Notes: generated from the sequence alone by a model not told the origin. A stretch of DNA of 64,000 nt from an uncultured delta proteobacterium (GCA_963792965.1 CAWBYW010000016.1:115925-179924); one strand, 5' to 3'. Positions 52,244-63,168 are shown, counted from the first letter of the stretch. Numbers and translations: made by a program.

Positions 52244-53839
52244 ATGAAAATCACCTTCATCGGCGGGGCGCGGACCGTCACCGGCTCTTCGTTCCTGCTG
52301 TCCACAGACGGCGCCAATATCCTGGTCGACTGCGGGATGTTTCAGGGCGGGCGCGAGCTCATCGCCCGAAACTACCTCGAGCCGATCTACGACCCCAAAG
52401 ACATCGACGCGGTCGTGCTGACGCACGCCCACATCGACCACAGCGGGCTGATCCCGAAGCTCGTGCGCGGCGGATTTTCCGGAAAAATCTATACGACCAA
52501 GGCGACGGCCGACCTCTGCGAGCTGATGCTGCTGGACTCCGCGCACATCCAGGAGATGGACGCACGCTGGAAAACCAGAAAGAACCTCAGGCGCGGGCTG
52601 GCCGAGATGCCCCCTCTCTATACCGTCGACGACGCGCAGAAGTCGCTGCCTCACTTTTCGCGCGTAACGTACGACCAGACCTTCTCTCCCGCGCCGGGCA
52701 TCGAGGTCGTCTTCCGCGACGCCGGCCACATCCTCGGCTCGGGAATGATCGAGATGACCTGTCCCGTTGACGGCGGCACAAAAAGGAAGCTCGTTTTCTC
52801 AGGAGACATCGGGACGAGCGACCAGCCCATCATCCGGGACCCGAGCACGATTTCCGAGGCCGATTTTCTCTTCATCGAATCGACCTACGGAAACCGCACC
52901 CACCGGACCATCGAAGAGAGCAAGGAAGAGTTCACCGAGGCGCTGCTGTCGACCACGCGGCTGGGCGGCAAGGTCATCATCCCGTCGTTTGCCGTGGGCC
53001 GTACCCAGGAGATCATCTATTATCTGGCGGAGCTCACGCGAGCGGGCAGGCTCCCGGCCCTCCCCATTATCGTCGACAGCCCCATGGCCACCTCGGCCAC
53101 GAAGATCATGGAGAACAACCCCGACTGTTTCGATCAAGAAACGAAAGACCTCATCGCCGGCGGGAAGGACCCGCTGGAAATCCCGACCCTGAAATTCACG
53201 CGGTCCACCGAGGAGTCGATGGCGATCAACACGATGAAGGGAAGTGCGATCATCATCTCGTCCTCCGGCATGTGCGACGGGGGGCGCATCAGGCACCACC
53301 TGCGCCACAACCTCTGGCGGCCGGAGACCACGGTGATCTTCGTCGGCTACCAGGCCGAGGGGACCCTCGGCCGCCAGATCGTCAACGGAGACCAGGAGGT
53401 CAGGATCTTCGGCGAAGAGGTACAGGTCAAGGCGAAGATCTACACGATCAACGGCCTGTCGGCCCACGCCGACCGGGACGGGCTGCTGGACTGGGCGTCT
53501 CATTTTCGGGGCGCGGCCCCGACGACGTTCGTGATCCACGGCGAGGAGCGCTCCGCGCTCGATTTCTCCGAGACCCTCAAGGCGGAGCTGTCGCTGACGA
53601 CCTACGTGCCCTCCTGGAGGGAGACGGTGGAGCTTTCCCCGGATAAGAGCTTCCGGTCGCTACCGGCGGCCGAGGCGGGCAAAGAGATCCCGATATTCGC
53701 AAAGAAATATGAGGGTGACCTTGCCTCCATCAAGGAGAAGCTGGCGAGCCTCGAAAAGAAGGGGATCACGGGGAAGAAAGAAGTCGCAGACCGCTTGGGG
53801 GCGATCAAGAATATTTTGAGTGAGATCGAGGACGAGTAG
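52244..53839 (+). CDS. MBL-fold beta-CASP family RNA-metabolising hydrolase (CPSF73/RNase J-like)
   Basis: HxHxDH motif (THAHIDHSG), beta-CASP region and a C-terminal RMMBL-like segment. 531 aa. Confidence 0.8.
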   Translation: MKITFIGGARTVTGSSFLLSTDGANILVDCGMFQGGRELIARNYLEPIYDPKDIDAVVLTHAHIDHSGLIPKLVRGGFSGKIYTTKATADLCELMLLDSAHIQEMDARWKTRKNLRRGLAEMPPLYTVDDAQKSLPHFSRVTYDQTFSPAPGIEVVFRDAGHILGSGMIEMTCPVDGGTKRKLVFSGDIGTSDQPIIRDPSTISEADFLFIESTYGNRTHRTIEESKEEFTEALLSTTRLGGKVIIPSFAVGRTQEIIYYLAELTRAGRLPALPIIVDSPMATSATKIMENNPDCFDQETKDLIAGGKDPLEIPTLKFTRSTEESMAINTMKGSAIIISSSGMCDGGRIRHHLRHNLWRPETTVIFVGYQAEGTLGRQIVNGDQEVRIFGEEVQVKAKIYTINGLSAHADRDGLLDWASHFRGAAPTTFVIHGEERSALDFSETLKAELSLTTYVPSWRETVELSPDKSFRSLPAAEAGKEIPIFAKKYEGDLASIKEKLASLEKKGITGKKEVADRLGAIKNILSEIEDE

Positions 53840-53936
53840 CCGCCCGGCAGACGTGGACGAAGACCCGTAGGGGCGGCATATATGCCGCCCGTCTCCAGCC
53901 CGCGATGACGAATAGACAAATGCTGAGGAACCATCC

Positions 53937-54689
53937 ATGGACCTGAAAGAAGAAATAAGGGAAAAGGCGCGCGAGCAGGGCTTTGCCCTCTTCGGCGTGG
54001 TGGACTCCAAAGACATGGAAGAGGTGGAGACGCCCCCCGGCCGGGGGATCGCCAGGCCCTCCGAGGTGGCGCCGTGGGCGCGATCGGTCATGGTGCTGGG
54101 GATCCGCGTGGCCGATGAGGCGATGAACGTCTCGATCTCAATACCTGTCCCCGGCGGCAAAGACACCTACTATAATTTCTATTACGAGATCACGGAGAGC
54201 CGCGCCTGGCGCCTGATCCGGTGGATGCGGGAGGAGAAGGGGATCAGGGCCGTGCCCTCCCACCGGATCGCCATGAAGCCCGCGGCGATGCTTGCCGGAA
54301 TCGGTTTCATCGGCCACAACACGCAGGTCATCACGCCCGACTTTGGCCCGCGCGTCCGGTTCGTGGCCGTCCTTACCGACAAAGAGCTTGAGCCCGACCG
54401 TCCCTTTGCCCGCGACCTCTGCGAGGAGGAGCCCGCCTGCCGGGACAAATCGCTCTGCGTGCAGGCCTGCCCCTACCGCGCCATCATCCCCGGCCCGTCA
54501 CAGGGCGTCCCGGCGGGGGAGAAGGTGCTGCTCGAAAAATGCGTCGTCTATCACGTGCAGGATAGGGAGATAGGTAAACGCTGGGAGAAGTATATCCGCC
54601 GCCTGACGAACCGCGGCTTCCTCGAATGCACCCTCTGCAACCTCGCCTGCCCGTACGGGGAGAGGGGGAGAGAAGAGCGGTTGACGTAA
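53937..54689 (+). CDS. QueG-like (DUF1730 + 4Fe-4S) iron-sulfur protein
   Basis: A C-terminal ferredoxin-like Cys cluster (CVQACPY) and a second cluster (CTLCNLACPY). The N-terminal region resembles epoxyqueuosine-reductase-family proteins. Tentative. Confidence 0.45.
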   Translation: MDLKEEIREKAREQGFALFGVVDSKDMEEVETPPGRGIARPSEVAPWARSVMVLGIRVADEAMNVSISIPVPGGKDTYYNFYYEITESRAWRLIRWMREEKGIRAVPSHRIAMKPAAMLAGIGFIGHNTQVITPDFGPRVRFVAVLTDKELEPDRPFARDLCEEEPACRDKSLCVQACPYRAIIPGPSQGVPAGEKVLLEKCVVYHVQDREIGKRWEKYIRRLTNRGFLECTLCNLACPYGERGREERLT

Positions 54690-54730
54690 GGACTTACCGA
54701 AACCCCTACGAACCGATAACGAACCTTGAC

Positions 54731-55321
54731 TTATAGCTTCCTGCAGACAAGCTCTCCGTTGCCCACGGGCACCACCATGGCGTCGACCCGGACGTCGGAC
54801 AGCACATAGTCGAGCATTTCCTTTAGCGCCACCTTATGGTTGATCGCGTTGTCGGCCACCAGAATCCCGCCCTCTACCATCCTTGGAATGAGCAGTTTAT
54901 AACAATCGAGATACACGTCCTTTTCGGCATCGAGGAAGCAGAACGATATCTTTTCGTAATCGGCCAGCTTCAGCCGTGCGTCACCATGAATGAGCCCAAC
55001 GGTGTCATCCATACCCGTGAGCCGAAACGTCTCTTCGGCTATCTTCACTTTCTCCTCAAGCACCTCGAAGGTGGTAAGCTTTCGCCCGATCTCACGACAC
55101 GCAAGCCCAATCCAAAGGGCCGAATATCCGCCGCTCGTGCCTATTTCGACGTAGTCGCCGGCCGGCGCACACCGCGCCAAAAGAGAAATGAATTTGCCCG
55201 TTTCAGCCGGAATCTGCCGGAGGCGTGAAAGCATCGGGGTGCCGTCCGCCCTGTCATGGGCGTCAATATTTTCGAGATAACGCATTCTCTCAAGGACGAT
55301 GGGAGGGATCGTATGAAACAT
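54731..55321 (-). CDS. Class I SAM-dependent O-methyltransferase (family 3, caffeoyl-CoA OMT-like)
   Basis: Motif [13 protein letters not shown] and acidic motif FCFLDAEK, typical of PF01596-like O-methyltransferases. Confidence 0.75.
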   Translation of the reverse strand: MFHTIPPIVLERMRYLENIDAHDRADGTPMLSRLRQIPAETGKFISLLARCAPAGDYVEIGTSGGYSALWIGLACREIGRKLTTFEVLEEKVKIAEETFRLTGMDDTVGLIHGDARLKLADYEKISFCFLDAEKDVYLDCYKLLIPRMVEGGILVADNAINHKVALKEMLDYVLSDVRVDAMVVPVGNGELVCRKL

Positions 55322-55719
55322 TGATTTCCTCCGTCAGTTTTGTTTCTCTCGGCGGATTCACATGCCTTAGCAATCATAGAAGCAGCCGATATCCGCTCAT
55401 GCAATGGTATATCGTGAAATTGTGGGAGTCAATCTCTATTAAGAGGCGCCTGCGAACCCAAGACGCTCCGAGAGACCCAGCAGCTTACCAAAAGGGCGCC
55501 GCAGCATTCTATAATGTCTTATATATAATGTGACAGCCTGAAAGTCGGCTTCCATGGCGTTTTCGTTTGATTTCATCCGGTGACGAGGATAGAATCTACT
55601 ACCGAAATGGTGACGTGACCATCGTTGAGCGAGCAGCACCGGGCCTTTCGAGGGCATTGAGCTGAATGACCCCATGTCAGTGGTTCATAGGGGGAATCTC
55701 GGATAAAAGGAGATCCGAT

Positions 55720-57072
55720 ATGAAAACCGTAATGAAAAGGGACAGGCTGAGTCTTTCCACGAAGATATTCTACCTCTTCGGCGACATCGGAGTATCGATG
55801 TGCCTGGCTACCGTGGGGTTCTTCATCCTCTTCTATTATGCCGACGTTGCCAAGATCAATCCTGCCCTCGTCGGCACGGCGCTGCTCCTGGGGAGGCTCT
55901 GGAACGCCGTAAACGATCCCCTGTTCGGTTGGTTTTCCGATCGGACGAGATCGCGCTGGGGAAGGCGAAAAGTATATCTCTATTTCGCCTCGATCCCCCT
56001 CGGGATCTCCTTTGCCGTCCTCTGGATGGTCCCAAAAGGACTCACCAACGTCACGGCCACCCTCTGGATCCTCGGGACCTTCTTTTTCTACTATACCCTC
56101 ATCAACGTCGTGGCGGTATCCTACTACGCCATGACGCCCGAGCTGACGCGCGACTATGACGAGCGCACCAATCTCACCACCTTCCGCATGATCGGCGGGA
56201 CGATCGGGTACATGTCCGGCGCGGCGTTTCCTCCCTTTATCGCGGGGCTTTTCATTACCGAGCAGATCGGTTGGAGCATGGTCGGTATCATGTTCGGTGC
56301 CTTTGCGGTCGTCTGCATATTTATAACCGCCTTCGGAGTCAAGCAGCGCAAGGAATTAGAGGGCGCTCCTTCGACGATCCCGGCGCTGAAATCCATCATG
56401 TTCTGTTTCAAGAACAGGCCCTTCGTCTATCTTCTGATCCAGGCCGTCGCGGCCGGGGTCTGTTTCACGCTGGTAATGTCGTATATGGCATTCTTCCTTA
56501 CGTACCAAATGGAAATGAAGGCCAAGATTCCTCTTATCATGACGCTTCTTCTGGTGACGATCGGCGCGTTTCTCTTTTTCTGGAAATGGTTGACGGACAA
56601 ATGGGCAAAGGGGCCCACCTACGCCCTCGGCCTCTTCATCGCCTTCGGTGCGATCGCCTGCTCGTTCCTGCTCCCCCAGGGGGAGAGCATCTGGATATAC
56701 GTCATCGTCTTTATCGCGGGCTTCGGGTTTTCCGCCCAGTGGGTTTTGCCCTGGTCAATCCTCCCGGATGTCGTGGAACACGACGAGCTTTTGACCGGCC
56801 AGCGGCGGGAGGGGATCTATTACGGGGTAAAAGGGTTTGTCGACAACACCTCCAGCGCCTTCGGCCTCTTCATCGGGGGATGGGTATTGTCACTGTTCGG
56901 GTACGTCCCCGAGGCGGTACAGACCAAGACGGCGCTGTTGGGTATTCGGCTCTTCTTCGGCCCCCTCCCTGCGCTCCTGGCGTTCATAAGCCTCCCGCTC
57001 CTCATCTGGTTTCCGATAACACGGAAGACCCATACCGAGACCCTCGAAAAGCTCAAGGAGAAACGGGATTAG
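55720..57072 (+). CDS. MFS transporter, glycoside-pentoside-hexuronide (GPH):cation symporter family
   Basis: 12 predicted TM helices. Characteristic GPH N-terminus (KIFYLFGDIG...GRLWNAVNDPLFGWFSDRT). An RBS aaaaggag sits upstream of the ATG at 55720. Confidence 0.8.
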   Translation: MKTVMKRDRLSLSTKIFYLFGDIGVSMCLATVGFFILFYYADVAKINPALVGTALLLGRLWNAVNDPLFGWFSDRTRSRWGRRKVYLYFASIPLGISFAVLWMVPKGLTNVTATLWILGTFFFYYTLINVVAVSYYAMTPELTRDYDERTNLTTFRMIGGTIGYMSGAAFPPFIAGLFITEQIGWSMVGIMFGAFAVVCIFITAFGVKQRKELEGAPSTIPALKSIMFCFKNRPFVYLLIQAVAAGVCFTLVMSYMAFFLTYQMEMKAKIPLIMTLLLVTIGAFLFFWKWLTDKWAKGPTYALGLFIAFGAIACSFLLPQGESIWIYVIVFIAGFGFSAQWVLPWSILPDVVEHDELLTGQRREGIYYGVKGFVDNTSSAFGLFIGGWVLSLFGYVPEAVQTKTALLGIRLFFGPLPALLAFISLPLLIWFPITRKTHTETLEKLKEKRD

Positions 57073-57220
57073 TGTAGTACGAGCGAGGACTTCTGTACGT
57101 GATTCCTCAATAGACCTTTAAGCGTAGAGCAAAGAATGATAGTCTTAAGAGCCATTGCTATTTGGGTCGTTGTGATCTTCGCCGAGGTCCTTCACGGCGT
57201 CTGCGCGAACGCTATTTCTT

Positions 57221-57418
57221 GTGCCGTACGTGGGTGATTTCAGGGCGCGCCAGATCGGCGTATTCACGGGGTCCGTCATAATTTTTGCTATTGCTCTTAT
57301 ATCCGTGCGATGGATCAGCGCGTCCCGTGCCGCAGAATTGCTGGCGGTCGGATTTCTATGGCTTGGCCTGATGCTTGCCTTTGAGTTTCTCTTCGGACAT
57401 TTCGTCTTAGGCTATTAG
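57221..57418 (+). CDS. Small membrane protein fragment, hypothetical
   Basis: 65-aa hydrophobic ORF. Reading continues in another frame to about 57540. Confidence 0.25.
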   Translation: MPYVGDFRARQIGVFTGSVIIFAIALISVRWISASRAAELLAVGFLWLGLMLAFEFLFGHFVLGY

Positions 57419-57630
57419 CTGGCAGCGGCTCGCCGCAGACTACAACCTGACGAAGGGCGGCCTCATGTCGATCGGTATGCTGGTGCTGACGCTATCGCCC
57501 TTGATAGCCGGAAAGGTGCGGGGTCTGGTTTGATTGACCCCCTTACAGCGTGTCGCAGAATGAGTCAAATCTACCCTTGGCGCTCTTTGCTCAAACTTTC
57601 GCTGAAGACATGCATCTGACGGAGAGAGAG

Positions 57631-58251
57631 ATGGGAAGAAATAGGATTGTCATAATGATGCTTCTTCTATCGCTCCTTGTTGTGTCAGCCGCTGGATACG
57701 CCCAAACCGTCAAGGATTGGTGCAATATTGGAGACTGTGCTGCTGCATCGGGGGATTATGCCAAGGCAATGAAGTGTTATAGCAAGGCCATCGAGCTCGA
57801 TCCGAAGTATGCCCCAGTCTACAGTGACCGGGGTAACATGTATCGACTTCAGGGCAAATACGATATGGCTTTTGCCGACTTCACCAGGGCCATCGAGGTC
57901 GACCCGAAGTATGCCCCCGCCTACGTTGACCGGGGGACAACGTATCGACTTCTGGGCAAATACGACCTGGCAATCGCCGATTTTAGCAGGGCCATCGAGG
58001 TCGATCCGAAGCTTGCCCCAGCCTACAATAGCCGGGGTATCGCCTATGGGTGTCTGGCCAAGTACGACCTGGGGATCACCGACTTCACAAGGGCCATCGA
58101 GCTCGACCCGAAAGACGCCCAGGGCTACTATAACCGGGGAAATGCCTATTACAATTCAGGAAGGATGAATGAAGCCTTCTCGGATTATAAAAAAGGCTGT
58201 GAATTAGGGTCTAAAGATTCTTGTAAAAGCTACGGTCTATTAAAGAGATAA
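57631..58251 (+). CDS. Secreted TPR-repeat protein (5 near-identical 34-aa repeats)
   Basis: Signal peptide MGRNRIVIMMLLLSLLVVSAAGYA followed by five TPR units of the form AIE(V/L)DPK(Y/L)APAY..RG..Y. The units are also repeated at the DNA level. Confidence 0.65.
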   Translation: MGRNRIVIMMLLLSLLVVSAAGYAQTVKDWCNIGDCAAASGDYAKAMKCYSKAIELDPKYAPVYSDRGNMYRLQGKYDMAFADFTRAIEVDPKYAPAYVDRGTTYRLLGKYDLAIADFSRAIEVDPKLAPAYNSRGIAYGCLAKYDLGITDFTRAIELDPKDAQGYYNRGNAYYNSGRMNEAFSDYKKGCELGSKDSCKSYGLLKR

Positions 58252-58350
58252 TATCTTATAGGAATACTATGAAGAGCGAGTATTCCGAAACGAGCGTGAC
58301 GTAAAAGGGGGTAAATCTACCCCGCAAAACTTTAGCCTCCGCCCCCCCTC

Positions 58351-58983
58351 TCACCCGTTCTCCTCTCCCTCTTTCTTAGCGTCAAAGGAGATCACGATCT
58401 TGCACACGTCGTCCCCTTTGGCCCGGCACAGCACCTCCTTCACGTCGTGCTCGTCCCCCGTGGCCCACTTGGCCACCTCGGCGTTCAGCCCGACGTCGCC
58501 GAAGCAGATCGGTCCTTCGCTCTTGAGCCCCTTGCACCAGTAGCAGTCAAACAGCTCCAGGATAAACCCCTCCTCGCCCACGTAGAATCTCTGGTTTTCC
58601 CCAAAGACCTTGTTGGTCGATTCCGCGCCGATCTCCATCACCTTTTCGAGCCGTTTCCTTTTTGACAGGAGCTTGAGCCCAAGCCCCATGAACCCGATCA
58701 TCGCGGGGTTCTTTTCCATGACGAGCTGAAATCCCCTCCGCCCCGCTTTGTAGAGCAGGGGGCGGGCACCCTTCTCGCCGAAGACGTCTATGATGCTCCC
58801 CACGATCGCGCCGAAATCGCTCCCCGGCACTTCGAGCTTTTCGTCGTTGGGCGGGAAGTTATCCCGGTATTTGGTGAGCCCGGAATAGTTCAGTATCGAG
58901 TTGAGCCCGTTTTCACCTATGATGTCCTCCACGGTAAGCAGAGTAACATACATCATCGAATTCGGAATATACTCCTTGAGCAT
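58351..58983 (-). CDS. V4R (4-vinyl reductase) domain protein
   Basis: C-terminal FDCYWCKG...GPICFGDVG motif characteristic of V4R hydrocarbon/small-molecule-binding domains. Confidence 0.55.
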   Translation of the reverse strand: MLKEYIPNSMMYVTLLTVEDIIGENGLNSILNYSGLTKYRDNFPPNDEKLEVPGSDFGAIVGSIIDVFGEKGARPLLYKAGRRGFQLVMEKNPAMIGFMGLGLKLLSKRKRLEKVMEIGAESTNKVFGENQRFYVGEEGFILELFDCYWCKGLKSEGPICFGDVGLNAEVAKWATGDEHDVKEVLCRAKGDDVCKIVISFDAKKEGEENG

Positions 58984-59253
58984 GTCTTTTCCCCCTGGAC
59001 AGGTCCCAGTTCTATTATCCCCCCCGGCAGGCGGGAAGTCAACGGGCACGGGTTGGAGGGGTCGAGTCTACACTTGTCTTGGTGATACGCGACGGCTGGC
59101 TCTACCTATCCACCAGCGACCGGGACGGCCGGGGGACGGTGCGACGCGGTGACGATCGCTCATCAGGATACGCCCGGTCGACATCAAAGGATTGCCGTGA
59201 AATCCGACGCATTGGCCGGACGGCCCTCTCGTGGCCGTCTCTACGCTCTGCCC

Positions 59254-59943
59254 TCACGTTCGGTCGCGTGTCAATCCCGCGTGATGTGGACAGACCGTTC
59301 GGCAGGTGTTACACGCGATCACCCATCCGCCTCCTTCCGTGGAGGAGATGGAGCGTGCCCTGCAGAGGTTCTGGTTAATCGTTGTCCCGTCCAGCGCCTG
59401 CTGCGGGCACGCGTCCAGGCAGATACTGCATCCGTCGTTACATCCGTTGTAAGAGGTGGCGGGGTCTCCCTCGAGCTCGGCGGAGACCAGCACGGCCCCC
59501 AGCCAGATCATGTTTCCGAACGTCTTATTAATCAGAAGCGTGTTCTTCCCCAGCGTCCCCATGCCTGCGAGCCACGCCGCGTGTTTCAGCGACAGGATGC
59601 CCCTCCCGTGGCTCCGATCCGGGTCCCAATAGTCGTACGGCTCGGCGGAGGGAATGGGGACCGAGCCGATACCCTCGGCCTCCAGCTCTTCAGACAGGCG
59701 AAAGGAGATCGCGTCGAGCTTTTCAACCATCTTGTTTCTGACAAAGGTATAGGGGGTGAGGCTCGGCAAGACGAGGGTGCTTGCCGGAAAGCGCGACGCA
59801 TAGACGATCACCGATCGGCATCCCTCGTGGATATCGCGCGGGTGAAACCCCTGCGGGGCATCGCTGAACCGGTCGACCGGGGCGATCCCGCAGATATCCG
59901 CCCCCAGGCCCAGCACCTTCTCCTTCACTTCTTTACAGTCCAT
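59254..59943 (-). CDS. QueG-like (DUF1730 + 4Fe-4S) iron-sulfur protein, second paralog
   Basis: GCNDGCSICLDACP and CNTCRTVCP clusters. The N-terminal region is collinear with the 53937..54689 protein (LFGVVDSKDM vs LGADICGIAPVDRF). Confidence 0.45.
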   Translation of the reverse strand: MDCKEVKEKVLGLGADICGIAPVDRFSDAPQGFHPRDIHEGCRSVIVYASRFPASTLVLPSLTPYTFVRNKMVEKLDAISFRLSEELEAEGIGSVPIPSAEPYDYWDPDRSHGRGILSLKHAAWLAGMGTLGKNTLLINKTFGNMIWLGAVLVSAELEGDPATSYNGCNDGCSICLDACPQQALDGTTINQNLCRARSISSTEGGGWVIACNTCRTVCPHHAGLTRDRT

Positions 59944-60011
59944 CACAAGGCCTTTTCTTCCGTTCAGTTTTATCGTGTGATACCGACCGCAGAGGACCGT
60001 TCCCTTTGCCG

Positions 60012-60443
60012 TTATCCTCGGGCGAGTGCCGTCTTGACGCACGCGGCTCCCAACAGCACCACGATCACGGTCCCGACAATCTGGGGCGCGATGAAGAAAT
60101 AGACCCAGCCCAGCACGGCCACCGCGACGAAGCTCGCGAAGAGCGCCCAGGAGACGGGGAGCAGGGCCGCCCGTGCCTTTTCATCCAGCCCCCCGAGGTG
60201 CCACGTCAGCACCGCCGAGAAGAGCAGAAAAACCGAAAAGAGGAGCCCAAACCCAAGGTACATCCCGCCCCACGTAACGGTCGAGCCCATGATCTCAAAA
60301 TCGACTGACTTCATCAAGGAAAGCACGCCGTCGGCCGCCACCCCGTGGTCGGCGTGCGACAGCATCCCCCCGAACGTGTGGGAGAGGAAAAAGATGACCA
60401 ACAGATACGAACAGATCCGATAGAGATTGAAATACCTGGCCAT
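60012..60443 (-). CDS. Small polytopic membrane protein, hypothetical
   Basis: 143-aa ORF from the Met in MARYFNLY, with four hydrophobic helices. The longer annotated ORF has a non-protein-like N-terminus. Confidence 0.45.
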   Translation of the reverse strand: MARYFNLYRICSYLLVIFFLSHTFGGMLSHADHGVAADGVLSLMKSVDFEIMGSTVTWGGMYLGFGLLFSVFLLFSAVLTWHLGGLDEKARAALLPVSWALFASFVAVAVLGWVYFFIAPQIVGTVIVVLLGAACVKTALARG

Positions 60444-60601
60444 GCCATTCCTCCTTATACAGCGGTGACGGAAATACGTTTTGATTATATCACGATCTAT
60501 CGGGGCCACGACGCGGCCGGCGCGGAGAGAAATCTCCTTTCCGGCGCGACGATCCATAGGCGGAGTGGGGGACCCAGCAGAATCTCTGGACATGTGTCTG
60601 G

Positions 60602-61213
60602 TCACAGGAAGTCCGGCAGGACCCCACATAACGCCTCGACTGCGCGCCTGCGGTGGCTGATTTCGTTCTTCTCGGCCTCCGTCATCTCCGCGTAGGTCTT
60701 GCCGAGCGGCGGATAAAAGAAGATCGGGTCGTAGCCGAACCCTTTGCTCCCACGTGGCGCACGGATAATCTGCCCTGCGCACTCCCCCCTGACGACCATC
60801 TCCCTTCCATCGGGCGATACCAGCGCGATCACCGCCACGAAGCGCGCCCCTCTCTCCCCTTCCGGGACCCCGGAAAGCTCGCGCAACAGCTTCTCGTTGT
60901 TTTGCTCGTCGGAGGAGCCTTCCCCGGCGTATCGTGCCGACATCACCCCCGGTGCGCCGCCCAGGGCATCCACCTCTATGCCGGAGTCGTCGGCCAAGGC
61001 TACGTGCGCGGTGCGACGCGCCGCTTCCCGGGCCTTGATGAGGGCGTTTTCCTCAAACGTCTTGCCGGACTCGACCACGTCGGGATAATCGGGAAAGTCG
61101 GAAAGAGAACGCAGAGTGACGAGCCTCAGGAGCCCCAGTCCGTCCATGATCCGGCCGAGTTCGTTGAGCTTTCCCCGGTTCTTGGTGGCGACGACGATCT
61201 CAGGAGCGCTCAA
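60602..61213 (-). CDS. rdgB: Non-canonical purine NTP pyrophosphatase RdgB/HAM1
   Basis: Motifs [50 protein letters not shown]. Probable TTG start at 61213, just after the rph stop. Confidence 0.8.
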   Translation of the reverse strand: MSAPEIVVATKNRGKLNELGRIMDGLGLLRLVTLRSLSDFPDYPDVVESGKTFEENALIKAREAARRTAHVALADDSGIEVDALGGAPGVMSARYAGEGSSDEQNNEKLLRELSGVPEGERGARFVAVIALVSPDGREMVVRGECAGQIIRAPRGSKGFGYDPIFFYPPLGKTYAEMTEAEKNEISHRRRAVEALCGVLPDFL

Positions 61214-61931
61214 TGATCTCTCCGAGGAGCTCCTTCTGTTTTGCGATGAGCCGCGCGATCCCGTCCCGGGCAAGCTCCATCATCATATCGAGGGTCTTCT
61301 GATCAAACGGGTGGTTTTCCGCGGTGCCCTGGACCTCCACGAAGAGGCCGGATCCCGTGATGACGAAGTTCATATCGACCTCGGCGGCGGAATCCTCCTT
61401 GTAGTCGAGGTCCAGGAGTATCTTTCCGTCCACCACCCCCGCGCTGATTGCCGCGATATAGTCCCTGATCGGGAACCGGGAGATCTGCCCCGACTTCTTC
61501 AGCTTCAACAGCGCGTATGCCAGCGCCACGAAACCGCCCGTGATGGAGGCCGTCCTTGTGCCGCCGTCGGCGCAGATGACGTCGCAGTCGATCCAGATCG
61601 TCTTTTCGCTCAGGGCCGACAGATCGACCACCGCCCTGAGCGCCCTGCCGATGAGCCGCTGGATCTCAAGGGTGCGGCCCCCCGCCCGCCCCTGGGTGAC
61701 CTCGCGGGTCATCCGGGTTTCGGTCGAGCGGGGCAGCATCCCGTACTCCGCCGTCACCCACCCGTCCCCGGTGCCCTTGAGAAAGTTCGGCACCCGATCC
61801 TCCACGGAGGCGGTGACGACCACCCGGGTGAGCCCCATCTCGATGAGGACGCTCCCTTCCGCGTAGGGGATATAGTTGGGCGTAATGACAACGGGACGTA
61901 TGGCGTTAAGCTGCCTCCCGTTTCTCCTCAT
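61200..61931 (-). CDS. rph: Ribonuclease PH
   Basis: Near full-length collinearity with E. coli RNase PH ([14 protein letters not shown]...EGSVL...[14 protein letters not shown]...[16 protein letters not shown]...[18 protein letters not shown]). The conserved rph-rdgB gene pair is present. Confidence 0.85.
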   Translation of the reverse strand: MRRNGRQLNAIRPVVITPNYIPYAEGSVLIEMGLTRVVVTASVEDRVPNFLKGTGDGWVTAEYGMLPRSTETRMTREVTQGRAGGRTLEIQRLIGRALRAVVDLSALSEKTIWIDCDVICADGGTRTASITGGFVALAYALLKLKKSGQISRFPIRDYIAAISAGVVDGKILLDLDYKEDSAAEVDMNFVITGSGLFVEVQGTAENHPFDQKTLDMMMELARDGIARLIAKQKELLGEIIERS

Positions 61932-62472
61932 CCAGTCTACCTGCTTCGCATTCTTGTATGGTTTCAAGGCCCACCCTGTATACGTGAGGGTACGAATCAT
62001 ACTGGTTTCGCCTCTGCCTGTCAAGGGATAACGACCCTCCCGCCCAACGCTCGCGACGTGCCGCCGGAATACAGGAATATGAAGGAAAACAGGAATGGCG
62101 GGGAAAGCCGCTGCCGCACACAACCGACCGCATGCAACGGTACGGAAGATGACCTGCATCAGTGGAACAAAAGTGCAAGTTATTTTGCATCCTGGCAACA
62201 TCTCGTTATCATTAGAAATATCGGTATCTGTTCCTGACAGGATAAACTCGATGAAACACCGTTGAAACATGCATGCAACGCCTCAGAAACCGCGTTAAGA
62301 TGCTGTGCGATAACCTGCTGTAATCATTATAGTATTTGGCCACGGACATCGGGTGGATCGTGCCCGCATATAGGCATGGATATTGCTTAATATATGGCCA
62401 GACACATACGGTTTGGTATATGAGATCTCCGGCAACCGTGTGTATTCATGCAACGAGAGAAAGGAGGAGAGA

Positions 62473-63168
62473 ATGAATAAGAAAAGACTGATGGTGCTTG
62501 ATAACGATTCCCAATTCGTCGGCTCTCTCAACACCGCGTTGGGCAAGACCTATGACGTGCTGTGGGTCAAGGAAGTCGCCGCCGCCGTCCAGACCATTCA
62601 TTCATGCGAGGCGGACGTCATCCTCGTCAACTTCGCCGTCGGCGTCGAGGGGGGGTTCTCCGTAATCCGGGAGGCAAAGAAGTGGGCGATCCCATCGGTC
62701 GTCGTCACCCATCTCTCGACGGAGGAGATGGCCATCGAGGCCCTCAACTCCGGCGTCTCGTATTATATCAAGAAGCCGGTCCTTCTGGAGGACCTGGCAA
62801 AAGCCGTCAACCGGGTCGCGGGCATCCCGAGCGCCGATATGGATACCATCGAGCGCGTGAGATTCTTCATCGTAGAAAATTACATGAAAGACATCTCGGT
62901 CAACGACCTTTCGGACTCGGTCGGCATCAGGCGGCAGAAGATCTTCTACCACTTCAAGAAGCGGTACGGCAAGGGGATCAAGTCATATCTGCGCGACATC
63001 AGGATGCAGAAGGCGCAGGAGTTGCTGGAGACCACCGACCTTGCGATCTACCGTATCGCCAAGGCCGTCGGATATAATCACTTCGGCTATTTTTGTCGGG
63101 AATTCAAGCGCCTCTACCACCTGACCCCCAAAGAGATCAGGAGGGGCCGCTACCAGCAGGCCAGCTGA
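62473..63168 (+). CDS. AraC-family transcriptional regulator with N-terminal receiver-like domain
   Basis: REC-like N-terminal domain (LMVLDND...ILVNF) and a C-terminal AraC HTH (helix pairs around GYNHFGYFCREFKRLYHLTPKE). RBS gaaaggagg upstream. Confidence 0.7.
   Translation: MNKKRLMVLDNDSQFVGSLNTALGKTYDVLWVKEVAAAVQTIHSCEADVILVNFAVGVEGGFSVIREAKKWAIPSVVVTHLSTEEMAIEALNSGVSYYIKKPVLLEDLAKAVNRVAGIPSADMDTIERVRFFIVENYMKDISVNDLSDSVGIRRQKIFYHFKKRYGKGIKSYLRDIRMQKAQELLETTDLAIYRIAKAVGYNHFGYFCREFKRLYHLTPKEIRRGRYQQAS

Noticed and set aside
59149-62237. Plus-strand ORFs 59149..60102 and 61116..62237
   Set aside because: Antisense to the QueG-like, rdgB and rph genes.
62100-62470. Sigma-54-like promoter (TGGCAA...) in the rph / AraC-regulator intergenic region
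   Set aside because: The spacing between the GG and GC elements does not fit the -24/-12 consensus.
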